This document shows, one piece after another, positions 34,996 through 45,274 of a DNA stretch of 64,000 nt (within the stretch, counting starts at the first letter, position 1; each line of letters starts with the position of its first letter). Source of the stretch: Candidatus Marinacidobacterium sp. Lineage in GTDB: Bacteria > Acidobacteriota > Vicinamibacteria > Marinacidobacterales > Marinacidobacteraceae. Position numbers and translations under genes: made by a program. The stretch spans positions 2,304,001 through 2,368,000 of the forward strand of contig OZ242011.1 in the NCBI GenBank assembly GCA_965204755.1, given 5' to 3'. Below the pieces are notes generated by a model, which was not told the origin of the DNA, did not search any database, and saw only the letters and a program-made list of their open reading frames with translations.

Positions 34996-36146
34996 GCCTG
35001 CGCGAGCGCATGGGCGGGGCTGACCCGGAGTCGGTGCGCCGTGCCAGGTTCCGGCGATGGGGAGTCTTGGAGAACCCATTTCCTTCTGCCAACCAAACGA
35101 CCGGACATCCGCGTCTCGAAGACGCAGCGGATGAGCGGGTTGCGGACACCTTTCGGAGTTTTTCCGAAGGTGAGCGACAGTCGCAGGTACTGCTTGTCGA
35201 GGGTACCCAGGGGACCGGGAAGACCAACCTCCTGAAGTACTACGAAGATCAGTTCCGGGACTACCACCGGGATGACGAGGGGTACTACATCATCCGGTAC
35301 TACCCGGATCCGGAACCAACTCTCGACTCGGTAATTCGACAGACCTTTCTCGGCCTGGACCATGACCACTTCGCGAAGATCGGCAAGGAATTGAACGCAG
35401 CCGACACGGTGAGGAGGAACTCGGTAAAGGAGATCGCACGAGGTCACGAAGTGCGACTCGTGCTCAACAGTTTGCAGGATGGCGCCGTCAACGGCGACTT
35501 GGAGGACCGGAGTCGCTTGGCGGTCGAATGGTTCACCGGTATGCGCGTGTTGCGTCGGCATCGAGATGCGCTCGGCGTCAGTTTTCATCTCGACACCAAG
35601 GAGTCTCGTGTTCAAGCCCTCCGGGACATCGTCTATGTGAGTGAACGGTTGGACTTGCTTCGCGGCGTCTTCCTGCTCATGGATGAATTGGAGAAGCGGG
35701 ATCAGTCCTTCAGCACGACCCCGGTGCTGCGCTTCCTGCTCGCCGTACGGGCGCTCATCGACGCGCTGCCTCGCTGCCTGTTCTTGATGCTGGCGATGAC
35801 GGCCGAGGCGCGGCGCCGGTATTTCTCCATGCTTCCAGCCCTGGCCGGCAGACTGGAGAACAAGGTGACTCTGTCGCCGATCCAGGATCCCGAGGAAGCG
35901 GTGAAGTTGGCCAGGTTCTACTTGGACGAGGCACGGTCGGCGGCTATTGGAGACTTGCTGTCGCGTGGAGGTACCGAGGCTGCGGGGACCGCAGACCCGC
36001 TCGGCGCGGACGCCGTGCGCACGCTGTATCTCGGTCTGCTGGAGGAGGCGGAGAACCAAGGGACACAGGGAGTGCTCCAGCGAAAATTGCTGCATCGCCT
36101 GCGCGAGGCGTGGGCCGCGCGGACGGGTTCCGGGTCCGCCGGCTGA
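34992..36146 (+). CDS. P-loop ATPase (AAA+/STAND-like, BrxD/ORC-like architecture)
   Basis: N-terminal WGVLENPF, Walker A GTQGTGKT, Walker B LLMDELE, PALAGRL. Confidence 0.8.
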   Translation: MSLRERMGGADPESVRRARFRRWGVLENPFPSANQTTGHPRLEDAADERVADTFRSFSEGERQSQVLLVEGTQGTGKTNLLKYYEDQFRDYHRDDEGYYIIRYYPDPEPTLDSVIRQTFLGLDHDHFAKIGKELNAADTVRRNSVKEIARGHEVRLVLNSLQDGAVNGDLEDRSRLAVEWFTGMRVLRRHRDALGVSFHLDTKESRVQALRDIVYVSERLDLLRGVFLLMDELEKRDQSFSTTPVLRFLLAVRALIDALPRCLFLMLAMTAEARRRYFSMLPALAGRLENKVTLSPIQDPEEAVKLARFYLDEARSAAIGDLLSRGGTEAAGTADPLGADAVRTLYLGLLEEAENQGTQGVLQRKLLHRLREAWAARTGSGSAG

Positions 36147-36271
36147 CTCGTTCGCTGATCCTGAGCGGACGCGCCCTACACGGCCGAACCGGGCGGCCGG
36201 CGTTGCGACGGGCAGGTGGGCGGTAGAAGACCTCCGCGGAATCCGGCGACTGTCGGAAGGGGACTTGGCCT

Positions 36272-36443
36272 TCAGGTCACATCGCCTGGGATGTCGCGGT
36301 TCATCTGGTCGCGCCGTTCCTCCATGGACGCCACATAGGTCAATTCGCCGCGGCGCGTCTCCCCGATCGGGGAGATCGTCTCTACATTCGGCGCCAAGGG
36401 GAAGGGCGAAGGGCAATCGCTTCTCGGCGGCGATGCGCGCCAT
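36272..36443 (-). pseudogene. Truncated, frameshifted RelB/DinJ antitoxin remnant
   Basis: Encodes ARIAAEKRLPFA and, after a frameshift, APNVETISPIGETRRGELTYVASMEE, homologous to the C-terminal half of 38646-38939. Confidence 0.75.
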
Positions 36444-36534
36444 CGGGGTCGCGGGCGCCCACGATCCGGCCGCTCGGCGCCCGAACCGGCGCTTCGTCCC
36501 TACGGCGCCGACGGCGGTCGGCGCTCTCCCCGTT
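36335..36534 (+). repeat. Left copy of a 200-bp direct repeat (target-site duplication) flanking the IS
   Basis: ATAGGTCAATTCGCCG...CTCTCCCCGTT appears identical to 38447-38646. Confidence 0.93.
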
Positions 36535-38446
36535 CTTGACTTCGACGGTTTGGCTTTGTAAGTGGTTGACAGTTGGGGATTTGGTTTCGTAGGCACACTA
36601 CAACCGGGGGGAGTCCGGCGGTGGGGTGTCGGAGGTCAGGCGACTTCGCGGAGTCGCCTCGGGGGTGGAACCGGCGTGGCCCGCCGGGGCAGTCGCAGGC
36701 CCACCAGCCGGTAGATCCGCTCCGCCTCCGGGGTGGCCTTCGAGGGCAGGAAGAACCACTCGTTCGTGCCCCGGTCGCAGCCGTGGGAGACCTCCACCCG
36801 GAGCAGTTCCCGCAGTAGCCGCTCCTCGCTCAGCGGCGCCTCCGGGTAGGCCCGGGCGTAACGCCAGCGCAGCAACCGGAGCAGCGCGAAGGCGGCGTAG
36901 CAGATCGCCAGGTGCGCCCGCACCCGCCGCTCCGTCCAGTGGAACACCGGGCGCACTTCCAGCGTGCCCTTCAGCACCCGGAACCCCTGCTCGATCCGCC
37001 ACAACCCCCCGTAGTGCGCCCGGATCTCCGCCGGCGGGTCCGCCAGGCTGGTGAACACCCCGTGGAGCCCGTCGAACCGCGCGTCCCGTTCCACCAGATC
37101 CGGGTCGAACCGCACCGCGTCCCGCCGCACCCGCAGGTAGCGCGCGGCCCGCCCCTTCCCCTTCACCCCCGACGCCTCCCGCTTCTTCGCCTGCTTCACC
37201 GCCTTCGCCCGGAGCCCCGCGTCCCGCTCCGCCTTCTTCGGGCAGTAACGCACCACCAGCCGAAGCCCCCGCAGCGCCCCCTCCTCCGCCCGGTGCTCCC
37301 GCAGCCGCTGCCCCGCCTCCCCCGAAGCCGCCCAAGACTCCGGCTCCGCCAGCGCCGCCAGGTCCTTCCCCCGCAACTGGCGGAGCTTCGCCGCCACCAC
37401 CCACTCGAAACCGGCCGCCGTCAACGCCTCCAGGTTCTTCGTCCCCAGCATCGCCGCGTCCGCCACCACCACCACCCGGCCGATCCGGTACCGCTCCCGC
37501 AACTCCCCCACCAACGGAAGCAGCGTCTTCACCTCCGCCGTGTTCCCCGGGAACACCCGATACCCCAGCGGCAAACCCTCCCGCGTCTGCAACAGCGCCA
37601 GCACCACCTGCACCCGGTGCGGCTTCTGGTCCTTGCTGTACCCCTTCGCCCGCAACCCGTCCTCCTGCTCCGAGGCGAACGAAAGGGTGGTCACATCCAT
37701 GAACACCACCTCCACCTCGCCCCCCAGCAGCCGCCGAACCTGCGTCCCCACCCGGGCGGTGAGCCGCGCGATCCGCTCCCCGTCCAGCCGGTCCATCATC
37801 CGGTAGAACTTCTCCACCGGGATCTCCAGCCCGTAGTTCCGCTGCGGGTCCTGCGCGTGGCCCCGCTTGCTCCGGCCCGGCTCCGCCAGCCGCAGCATCA
37901 CCGCATGCCGGAACACCCGACCGGACACCGGGTGCCCCGCACCCCACACCCCGTCCAGTCCGGCCTCGCTCCAGAGCGCGCCGAACACCTCGTGCACCCC
38001 CAGGGTCAGGCGGGCCTCCTCCTGCAGTTGGCTCACCTCCGACAACCGCGCCCGGCGCGTCCGCCGGTCCTGGCGGGCCTCCAGCGCCTGGCGCAGCAGC
38101 AGGTCGGTGGGGAACAGGGTGGGCCGACGGGCCAGCCGGAGTTCGGCCACCTTCCTCTCGGCCACTTCGACCAGGGCGTCGAGGGCCGGGCCTTCCGGGG
38201 CGGAGCCGATGGAGACCATCAGTTCCTGCCGGGGCCGGCCGCGGGCGTCGCGGAAGGACCGGACGATCTGGACGCCGACGCCGGGCCGGTTCTTCCGGCG
38301 GAACTTGCGGACGAACACGCGGGAATGATAGCAGTAAGTTACTCATCACCAAATACCACGGCACACTACAAACCGGATCCAAGCTGCCGCCCCAAGGGCA
38401 CCAAGGACTTCCCGGTCTCAGACCGGGCTAAACCGTCGAAGTCGAG
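36535..38446 (-). mobile_element. IS1634-family insertion sequence (~1.9 kb)
   Basis: Terminal inverted repeats CTTGACTTCGACGGTTTGGC and GCTAAACCGTCGAAGTCGAG (18/20), a single DDE transposase, and 200-bp flanking direct repeats. Confidence 0.92.
36636..38318 (-). CDS. IS1634-family DDE transposase
   Basis: VFMDVTTLSF, GYSKD, FPGNTAEVKT, VVADAAM, YGGLWRIEQGFRVLKGTLEVRPVFHW and RVRAHLAICY. Confidence 0.92.
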   Translation of the reverse strand: MFVRKFRRKNRPGVGVQIVRSFRDARGRPRQELMVSIGSAPEGPALDALVEVAERKVAELRLARRPTLFPTDLLLRQALEARQDRRTRRARLSEVSQLQEEARLTLGVHEVFGALWSEAGLDGVWGAGHPVSGRVFRHAVMLRLAEPGRSKRGHAQDPQRNYGLEIPVEKFYRMMDRLDGERIARLTARVGTQVRRLLGGEVEVVFMDVTTLSFASEQEDGLRAKGYSKDQKPHRVQVVLALLQTREGLPLGYRVFPGNTAEVKTLLPLVGELRERYRIGRVVVVADAAMLGTKNLEALTAAGFEWVVAAKLRQLRGKDLAALAEPESWAASGEAGQRLREHRAEEGALRGLRLVVRYCPKKAERDAGLRAKAVKQAKKREASGVKGKGRAARYLRVRRDAVRFDPDLVERDARFDGLHGVFTSLADPPAEIRAHYGGLWRIEQGFRVLKGTLEVRPVFHWTERRVRAHLAICYAAFALLRLLRWRYARAYPEAPLSEERLLRELLRVEVSHGCDRGTNEWFFLPSKATPEAERIYRLVGLRLPRRATPVPPPRRLREVA

Positions 38447-38646
38447 ATAGGTCAATTCGCCGCGGCGCGTCTCCCCGATCGGGGAGATCGTCTCTACATT
38501 CGGCGCCAAGGGGAAGGGCGAAGGGCAATCGCTTCTCGGCGGCGATGCGCGCCATCGGGGTCGCGGGCGCCCACGATCCGGCCGCTCGGCGCCCGAACCG
38601 GCGCTTCGTCCCTACGGCGCCGACGGCGGTCGGCGCTCTCCCCGTT
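38447..38646 (+). repeat. Right copy of the 200-bp direct repeat
   Basis: Matches 36335-36534. Confidence 0.93.
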
Positions 38647-38939
38647 CAGGCCCGGCGGTCGGCGCCGCCGCGATGCAGGCGGTCCCGCAACTCCTCGACG
38701 GACGCCACATAGGTCAGTTCGCCCCGCCGCGCCTCCTCGATCGCCTCGATCGTCTCCGCGTTCGGCGCGACGGGAGCGAAGGGCAACCGCTTCTCGGCGG
38801 CGACGCGCGCCAAAAACAGCCGAACCGCTTCGGACACCGTGAGCCCCATGGCGTCCAGCACGGCCGCAGCCTCTTCCAGAGTGTCCCGGTCGATCCGGGC
38901 GCGAACGACGGTGGCGGCGGTCCGGTCGGTAATCGTCAT
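38646..38939 (-). CDS. RelB/DinJ-family antitoxin (no adjacent toxin seen)
   Basis: VVRARID..EAAAVLDAMGLTVSEAVRLFLARVAAEKRLPF..PNAETIEAIEEARRG. Confidence 0.88.
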   Translation of the reverse strand: MTITDRTAATVVRARIDRDTLEEAAAVLDAMGLTVSEAVRLFLARVAAEKRLPFAPVAPNAETIEAIEEARRGELTYVASVEELRDRLHRGGADRRA

Positions 38940-39293
38940 GCGTGGCATTGTGGCTTGAGGGAGCCCCGATGGAGCGCGGCCCGGCTCCCGACAGGCCGAG
39001 AAGCGAACTCGTGGACGGCGATTTTCGAGCGCCGACGCGGTATCCGGACCCGGCGAGCCGCGCGCCGGACGCTTCCCGTCACCCGAACCTCGGCGACTCC
39101 GGGCGAGAGGAACGGAGGGCGCCCGAGCGTCAGCCACCGCCGGCGCCCCCGATGGCGCTCGACCGCCTCCCGAGTCCTTCGGGCGCGGCCCCCCGGAGTG
39201 AGGAGTCCGTCCGTTCCGGCCCCGCCGGCCAGCGGGATTCGGAACTTCGGGGCTGTCTCCCTCGGCCGCGCGCGAGTGCCTACACTCCCACTC

Positions 39294-40547
39294 GTGATCC
39301 GTCGGATCGAGGCGCTCCGCTACCGGCGCCTCCGCCATGTGGAGGTCGAACTGGACGACTTCCAAGTGCTCGTGGGTCCCAACGCCGGCGGGAAGAGCAC
39401 GCTCCTCGATGCCGTCGTGTTCCTCGGGGAATTGGTCAACTTGGGCCCCCGTGAAGCCGTCAAGAGACGCACGAGCAATTTCCGGGACTTGGTGTGGAAT
39501 CGTCCCGACGACGACTTGGCGTTCGAGATCGCGGTCGAAGTCCAACTGCCGGACGAAGTACGGTCAGGGCTTCCCGATGGTTCGGACTACGACCGTGTTC
39601 GGTATGAAGTGGCCGTTCGGGAGGATCCGGCCGCCGGGGTAGGAATAGACCGCGAGCAGTGGTTTCCGCTGATTTCGACGGCGCCGGAGGATCGCCATGT
39701 GGAGCGGTTTCCGAATCCGCGGACACCGCCCGCAACGATCTTCACGCCGTTCGGGCAGGCGCCGGGGAACTCCGGACCGAGCGATCTGCCCTTGGGAGGC
39801 GACCGCTCGACTCTGCCGAGCCGACCCGGCGCCGCCGGCCACGACTCGAACTGGCGGGACCGATCGGCATTGGGCCATCTCCTCATCAGCCCCGATCGCG
39901 TGGCGAACGCTCTCTGGTTGGAGCGGGACCTCTGGAATGTCGCCTTCGTCGCATTGAACAACGGGGTTCTGCGCCACGCCAGCCCGCGGCAAGGGAGTTT
40001 CGAACACCTGAACTCCGACGGCTCCAACCTGCCGTGGATGGTGCAACGCCTGAAGACCGAAGATCCTGAGTCCTATCGCGAGTGGATCGAGCATGTTCGT
40101 ACGGTCATTCCAGAGTTGGTGTCCGTGGACGCGGTCGAGCGCCCGGACGACCGCCATGCCTACCTCGTGGTGAACTACGGAGGCGGTCTGCCGGCGCCGT
40201 CTTGGACAGTTTCCGACGGCACTCTACGGTTTCTCACACTCACGCTGTTGGCGTATCTGCCCAACCAGCCCGGACGCTGCGTCGTGGAGGAGCCGGAAAA
40301 CGGAATCCACCCCCTGGCGATGGACGCGGTGTACGACTCGTTGCGATCCATGTACGACTCACAGGTCTTCGTGGTGACCCACTCTCCGACTCTGGTGCAG
40401 CGCGCCGAGGCCGACGAGATCCTCTGTTTCGCCAAGGACGAGGACGGAGCGACGGACATCGTCCGCGGAGATCGGCACCCGAGACTGAGGAACTGGCTCG
40501 ACAGCGCGGACACTGCGCTTCTGTTGTCCACCGGTGTATTCGGATGA
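39294..40547 (+). CDS. ABC/OLD-type ATPase, MAD3-like (copy 3)
   Basis: GTG start after TACACT; GPNAGGKST, VSDGTLR, VEEPENGIHP, VTHSP and DIVRGDRHP. Confidence 0.8.
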   Translation: MIRRIEALRYRRLRHVEVELDDFQVLVGPNAGGKSTLLDAVVFLGELVNLGPREAVKRRTSNFRDLVWNRPDDDLAFEIAVEVQLPDEVRSGLPDGSDYDRVRYEVAVREDPAAGVGIDREQWFPLISTAPEDRHVERFPNPRTPPATIFTPFGQAPGNSGPSDLPLGGDRSTLPSRPGAAGHDSNWRDRSALGHLLISPDRVANALWLERDLWNVAFVALNNGVLRHASPRQGSFEHLNSDGSNLPWMVQRLKTEDPESYREWIEHVRTVIPELVSVDAVERPDDRHAYLVVNYGGGLPAPSWTVSDGTLRFLTLTLLAYLPNQPGRCVVEEPENGIHPLAMDAVYDSLRSMYDSQVFVVTHSPTLVQRAEADEILCFAKDEDGATDIVRGDRHPRLRNWLDSADTALLLSTGVFG

Positions 40548-41200
40548 CTGCGGCGGAGACGCCGCGAGATCTGATGGTTCTGGTTGCCGACTCCGACACT
40601 CACCGAGTCATGGAATCGCTTCTATCGACTCCGGAGCGTCTGGGAATCCGTCAGATCACCTTCGCCATCGAAAGTCATGTCGGGCACGATCCGGGTTGCC
40701 GGAAGGGGTCGCCAGAGTTTCTTCGTTCTTACCTCGGAGATTTTCGCCACGCGCTGGTCCTTTTCGACCGGAAAGGTTGCGGCAGCACCAAAACGCGTCG
40801 AGAGATCCAGGAACAGGTTACGAGGGACCTTGCGGCCAACGGCTGGAATGATCGGGCGCGGGCGATCGTGATCGCGCCGGAATTGGAGGTCCTGGTCTGG
40901 GGGAGCGTGGAGAACTTGGCGCAAGTTCTCGGTTGGAGCGAAGGGGCCCTTCGCAGGTTCGTGACGAAGCGCGGTCTCCTTCCAGCCGACGGCCGAAAGC
41001 CGCTTCACCCGAAACACGCCTTCGGCGCCGTCGTCGGGCATTCCCCGCGCTCCGCCCGGCCGCGCAGAGTTTCCCCTCGCCCGTTCGGACAGTTGGCCGC
41101 GAACGCGCCCCTGGACGGATGCCGGGACCCGGCGTTCCGTGAGTTGCGGAAGACTCTCCGCACTTGGTTCCCGCCGGCCCCGCGCACCCACCGCAGGTAG
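40544..41200 (+). CDS. MAD4-like protein (copy 3)
   Basis: DLMVLVAD, HDPGC, HALVLFDRKG, APELEV and CRDPAF; ATGA coupling. Confidence 0.78.
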   Translation: MTAAETPRDLMVLVADSDTHRVMESLLSTPERLGIRQITFAIESHVGHDPGCRKGSPEFLRSYLGDFRHALVLFDRKGCGSTKTRREIQEQVTRDLAANGWNDRARAIVIAPELEVLVWGSVENLAQVLGWSEGALRRFVTKRGLLPADGRKPLHPKHAFGAVVGHSPRSARPRRVSPRPFGQLAANAPLDGCRDPAFRELRKTLRTWFPPAPRTHRR

Positions 41201-41228
41201 CCGGCGTCGTCGCCGTCGCTTCCGCCCA

Positions 41229-42167
41229 TCAGCCCCCGTTGCGGGCCGACGACCAGGTGTCCACGCAGGCGCGGTAGTTGGCGGCGATCCGGGCCACCGC
41301 GTCCGACTCGTCCAGCGTTCCGGCGAGGAAGTCGCGGAGGGGCTCGCGGAAGTTGGTGCGGCCCACGGCGAAGCCGATGAACCCGGGGACCGGCGCGGCG
41401 ACCCGCAGCCACTCGTGGACCTGGGCGGCGTCGGAGCCCCGCCCGAGGACGATCAGGCCGACGCGCTCCCGGCCGCCGCCGGAGCGGGCGGCTTCGGCCA
41501 CCCGGACGGCGTCATCCCGGTCGTCCACGCCCTCGATCTTCCAGATATCCGGTTCGATGCCGAAGTCCTGGATCATGCGGATCGCCCGCACCATGTGGCC
41601 GGGGCGCAGGTCGCGGTCGTAGCGGTCGCCCGCCTCGCGGTCTCTGTCGGTGGTCGCCGGGACGAGCAACTCGAACATGAACAACCGCCGCTCGGCGCCG
41701 TGGAGGTAGTCGGAGACCAACTTCAGCCGGGTCAACTGCTCCGCCGTCGCCGCCGGGGCGTCGTCGGGGTGGAGCCGGACGAGCACCTTGACGATCTCCG
41801 GGTCGTGGAAGCGGAGGTGGGCCACCCAGCGGGGGCCGTACTCGAAGTCGAAGGTGGACCGGCCGCTCTTCTCGATGCAGATCGCCCGCGGGATCTCCCG
41901 GGCGGCGGCGTCGGCCAGGATCTGGCTCCCGAACTGGGCGTCCACCAGGATCCCCACCTGCTCGCGGGGCACGCCGCCTTCGATGGCGCGGAGGAGCCCG
42001 CGGTAGATGAGGCTCTTGGCCGTCGCCACCGGGCCGTGGCCGTCCTTCTCCGGCGCGATGGTCGGCGCCCCGGAGAAGCCGAAGAACGACTTGGTGAAAC
42101 TGCCCCGATGGTCGAAGGGCTGGACGAAGAGCGGCCGGTCGTAGCCGAGGTCGGGACGGTGGGTCAT
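41229..42167 (-). CDS. DUF2090 / 2-deoxy-5-keto-D-gluconate-6-phosphate aldolase-like protein (myo-inositol catabolism, IolC C-terminal-like)
   Basis: [38 protein letters not shown] and GFAVGRT. Confidence 0.8.
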   Translation of the reverse strand: MTHRPDLGYDRPLFVQPFDHRGSFTKSFFGFSGAPTIAPEKDGHGPVATAKSLIYRGLLRAIEGGVPREQVGILVDAQFGSQILADAAAREIPRAICIEKSGRSTFDFEYGPRWVAHLRFHDPEIVKVLVRLHPDDAPAATAEQLTRLKLVSDYLHGAERRLFMFELLVPATTDRDREAGDRYDRDLRPGHMVRAIRMIQDFGIEPDIWKIEGVDDRDDAVRVAEAARSGGGRERVGLIVLGRGSDAAQVHEWLRVAAPVPGFIGFAVGRTNFREPLRDFLAGTLDESDAVARIAANYRACVDTWSSARNGG

Positions 42168-42381
42168 GGGTGCGGTGGCGCCTTTCTGGGACGCGAATTC
42201 TACGGGGCGGGCGCGGCGCTTCGCCTCCCCGGAGGCCGGGCCCCCCCGCGCCGGGACGGCAACCGGCCGGGGGAAGGGGGCGGACGCCGCGGGCTTCCCG
42301 CCCCGGCGGCGGCCGCGCCCGCCCGGTCCTCCCCGGCCGGAGGGCCGGCGGCGGCCGCCGATTAGACTCCCCGCCGCTCGA

Positions 42382-45231
42382 ATGGAACCCGACATCCTGG
42401 TGGTGCGGGGCGCTCGGCAGCACAATCTCAAGAACATCACCGTTCGCATCCCGAAGAAGAAACTCGTCGTCCTCAGCGGCGTTTCGGGTTCGGGAAAGTC
42501 GTCGCTGGCGCTCGACACCCTGTACGCGGAAGGACAGCGCCGCTATGTGGAGTCGTTGTCGAGTTACGCCCGCCAATTCCTGGGGCAGATGGACAAGCCC
42601 CTCTACGACACGATCACCGGCCTGTCGCCGACGATTTCCGTGGACCAGAAGTCCGCGAGCCACAACCCGAGATCCACCGTCGGCACGATTACCGAGATCT
42701 CGGACTACCTGCGCGTCCTGTTCGCGCGCATCGGCGAAGCGCACTGCGTGGATTGCGGCCGCCCGGTGACGCCGCGCAGCGCCGCCGAGATCGTGGAGGA
42801 ACTCGCGGAACTCCCCGAGGGCGCCCGTTTCCTCCTGCTCGCTCCCGTCTGGGTGAACCGGAAGGGCGAAGCGCGCGGCGCGCTCGAATCCATACTGCGC
42901 AGCGGCTTCTCCCGGGCGCGCATAGACGGCGAGATCCGGCTCGTCGAAGAAGTGCCGGCCCTCGACAAACGGCGGAAACACTCGATCGAGGTCGTGGTGG
43001 ACCGGTTACGGCAGAAGAGCGATCCGGACGACGACTGGCGCTCCCGGGTGACGGATTCGGTCGAGACCGCGCTCCGCGAGGGAAACGGCGTCCTGCTCGC
43101 GCGGGTGGAAACCGAAGACGCCGACCGCATCTACTCGGAGAAACACGGTTGCCCCCACTGCGGCATCGGCTTCCCGGAACTGGCGCCGCAACTGTTCTCG
43201 TTCAACAGCCCCCAGGGAATGTGCCAGGACTGCAACGGCCTCGGCGTCCGGTCGGAAGTGGACGAGGCCCTGGTCGTCCCGAACCACGACCTCGGCATCA
43301 ACGGCGGCGCGGTGGCGCCGTGGGGCCGGTTCCGCGACCGGGACGGCTGGGAGGCCTCCGTCGTTCGGGCCGTGGCGAAGCGGTACGGCGTGGACCTGAA
43401 CCGGCCTTGGGGGCGTCTCGCTGCGGCGAAGCGGAAGTTGATCCTGTACGGCTGCGGCGACGAACGGTTCCGCGTGCGTTGGCAGCACTACCGCAGCGAG
43501 GAACGGTGGGAGGGCGTGATGCGCCAACTCACCCGCCGGATGCGCGAAACCACTTCCGAGCGGGCGCGGCGCTGGTATTCCCGATTCGTGTCGAGCCGCG
43601 CCTGCCGCGCCTGCGACGGAACCCGGCTGCGGCCGGAGGCGCTCTCGGTGCGGATCGCCGAGCGGAACCTCGCCGAGTTGTCGCGCATGTCCATCGGCGA
43701 TGCGCTCTCGTTCATGAAGGGCCTGTCGCTCGAGGGCGAACGCGCGGTGATCGGCGCCGAGTTGCTGAAGGAGATCGGGGCGCGGCTCCGGTTCCTCGCC
43801 GATGTGGGGCTCGACTACCTGTCGCTCGACCGGCTGGCGCCGAGTCTTTCCGGCGGCGAGTCGCAGCGTATCCGGCTCGCGAGCCAGATCGGTTCCGAGT
43901 TGACCGGAGTCGTCTATATCCTGGACGAGCCCTCCATCGGACTCCACGCCCGGGACAACGGCCGGCTGCTGCAGGCGCTGCAGCGGCTGCGCGACATCGG
44001 GAACACGGTGGTCGTGGTCGAACACGACCGCGAGACCATCGAATCCTCCGACCATGTGCTCGACTTCGGCCCCGGCGCCGGGGTGTACGGGGGCGAAGTC
44101 GTCGCCGAAGGCTCCCCGGAGGAGATCCGCCGGGACTCCAGGTCGCTCACCGGGCAATACCTCTCCGGCGCGAAGGAGATCGCGGTGCCGCGCCGCCGGC
44201 GCCGGGCGCGGTCGGAAGTCACCATCTACGGGGCGCGCGAGAACAACCTGAAGAGCGTGGATGTGAAGATCCCGCTCGGAACCTTCGTCGGCGTGACCGG
44301 CGTGTCCGGCGCCGGAAAGAGCACCCTGGTGTACGAAGTGCTCTATCCGGCGCTGGCGCGGACGCTCCACCGTTCCGAGCGAGCGGTGGGCGCCCATACC
44401 CGGATCGAGGGCGTGAAGCGGGTGGACCGCATCGTGGACATCGACCAGTCGCCGATCGGCCGGACGCCGCGCTCGAACCCGGCGACCTACACCAAGGTGT
44501 TCGACGGGATCCGCTCACTGTTCGCCGCGCTTCCCGAGGCGCGGGCGCAGGGCTACAAGCCGGGGAGGTTCTCCTTCAATGTGACCGGCGGCCGGTGCGA
44601 GCACTGCCAGGGCGCCGGCGTGATCCGGGTGGAGATGCACTTCCTCGCCGATGTGTTCGTGCCCTGCCAGGTCTGCGGCGGCAAACGGTTCAACGACGGC
44701 ACGCTCACCGTGAGGTACCAGAACCTCACCATCGCCGAAGTGCTCGACCTGACGGTGAGCGAAGCGGTCGGCGTGTTCCGCTCGCAGCCGGCGATCTCGC
44801 ACATCCTGCGCACGCTGGAGGATGTGGGGCTCGGGTACATCCGCCTCGGCCAGCCGTCGCCGACGCTCTCCGGGGGCGAAGCCCAGCGCGTGAAACTCTC
44901 CCGCGAACTGGCGAAGCGCGCCACCGGCGGAACGCTCTACATCCTCGACGAGCCGACCACCGGGCTCCACTTCGAGGACATCGCGCGCCTGCTGCGCGTC
45001 CTCGACCGGCTGGTGGAGGCCGGGAACACGGTGGTGGTCATCGAACACAACCTCGATGTGATCAAGACCGCGGACTACCTGGTGGACCTGGGCCCGGAGG
45101 GCGGCGCCCGGGGCGGGGAACTCGTGGCCGCCGGGACTCCGGAGGAGGTCGCCGGCAGCGAGCGTTCGTGGACCGGCCGCTACCTGCGCGAAGTCCTGGC
45201 CCTGCCGGAAGCCCGGCGCCGCGCCTCGTGA
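42382..45231 (+). CDS. uvrA: Excinuclease ABC subunit A
   Basis: [31 protein letters not shown], two ABC cassettes with LSGGE, Zn fingers. Confidence 0.98.
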   Translation: MEPDILVVRGARQHNLKNITVRIPKKKLVVLSGVSGSGKSSLALDTLYAEGQRRYVESLSSYARQFLGQMDKPLYDTITGLSPTISVDQKSASHNPRSTVGTITEISDYLRVLFARIGEAHCVDCGRPVTPRSAAEIVEELAELPEGARFLLLAPVWVNRKGEARGALESILRSGFSRARIDGEIRLVEEVPALDKRRKHSIEVVVDRLRQKSDPDDDWRSRVTDSVETALREGNGVLLARVETEDADRIYSEKHGCPHCGIGFPELAPQLFSFNSPQGMCQDCNGLGVRSEVDEALVVPNHDLGINGGAVAPWGRFRDRDGWEASVVRAVAKRYGVDLNRPWGRLAAAKRKLILYGCGDERFRVRWQHYRSEERWEGVMRQLTRRMRETTSERARRWYSRFVSSRACRACDGTRLRPEALSVRIAERNLAELSRMSIGDALSFMKGLSLEGERAVIGAELLKEIGARLRFLADVGLDYLSLDRLAPSLSGGESQRIRLASQIGSELTGVVYILDEPSIGLHARDNGRLLQALQRLRDIGNTVVVVEHDRETIESSDHVLDFGPGAGVYGGEVVAEGSPEEIRRDSRSLTGQYLSGAKEIAVPRRRRRARSEVTIYGARENNLKSVDVKIPLGTFVGVTGVSGAGKSTLVYEVLYPALARTLHRSERAVGAHTRIEGVKRVDRIVDIDQSPIGRTPRSNPATYTKVFDGIRSLFAALPEARAQGYKPGRFSFNVTGGRCEHCQGAGVIRVEMHFLADVFVPCQVCGGKRFNDGTLTVRYQNLTIAEVLDLTVSEAVGVFRSQPAISHILRTLEDVGLGYIRLGQPSPTLSGGEAQRVKLSRELAKRATGGTLYILDEPTTGLHFEDIARLLRVLDRLVEAGNTVVVIEHNLDVIKTADYLVDLGPEGGARGGELVAAGTPEEVAGSERSWTGRYLREVLALPEARRRAS

Positions 45232-45274
45232 CCGGCGTTCGCTGCTTCGCCGCGCTGCCGAGGAGGCGGCCGCG

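Noticed and set aside
20707-36146. BREX or DISARM
   Set aside because: No PglZ, BrxL or BrxA, and no DrmA/DrmB-like genes; the gene set fits the DUF499/DUF1156/PLD-SNF2 restriction-like system.
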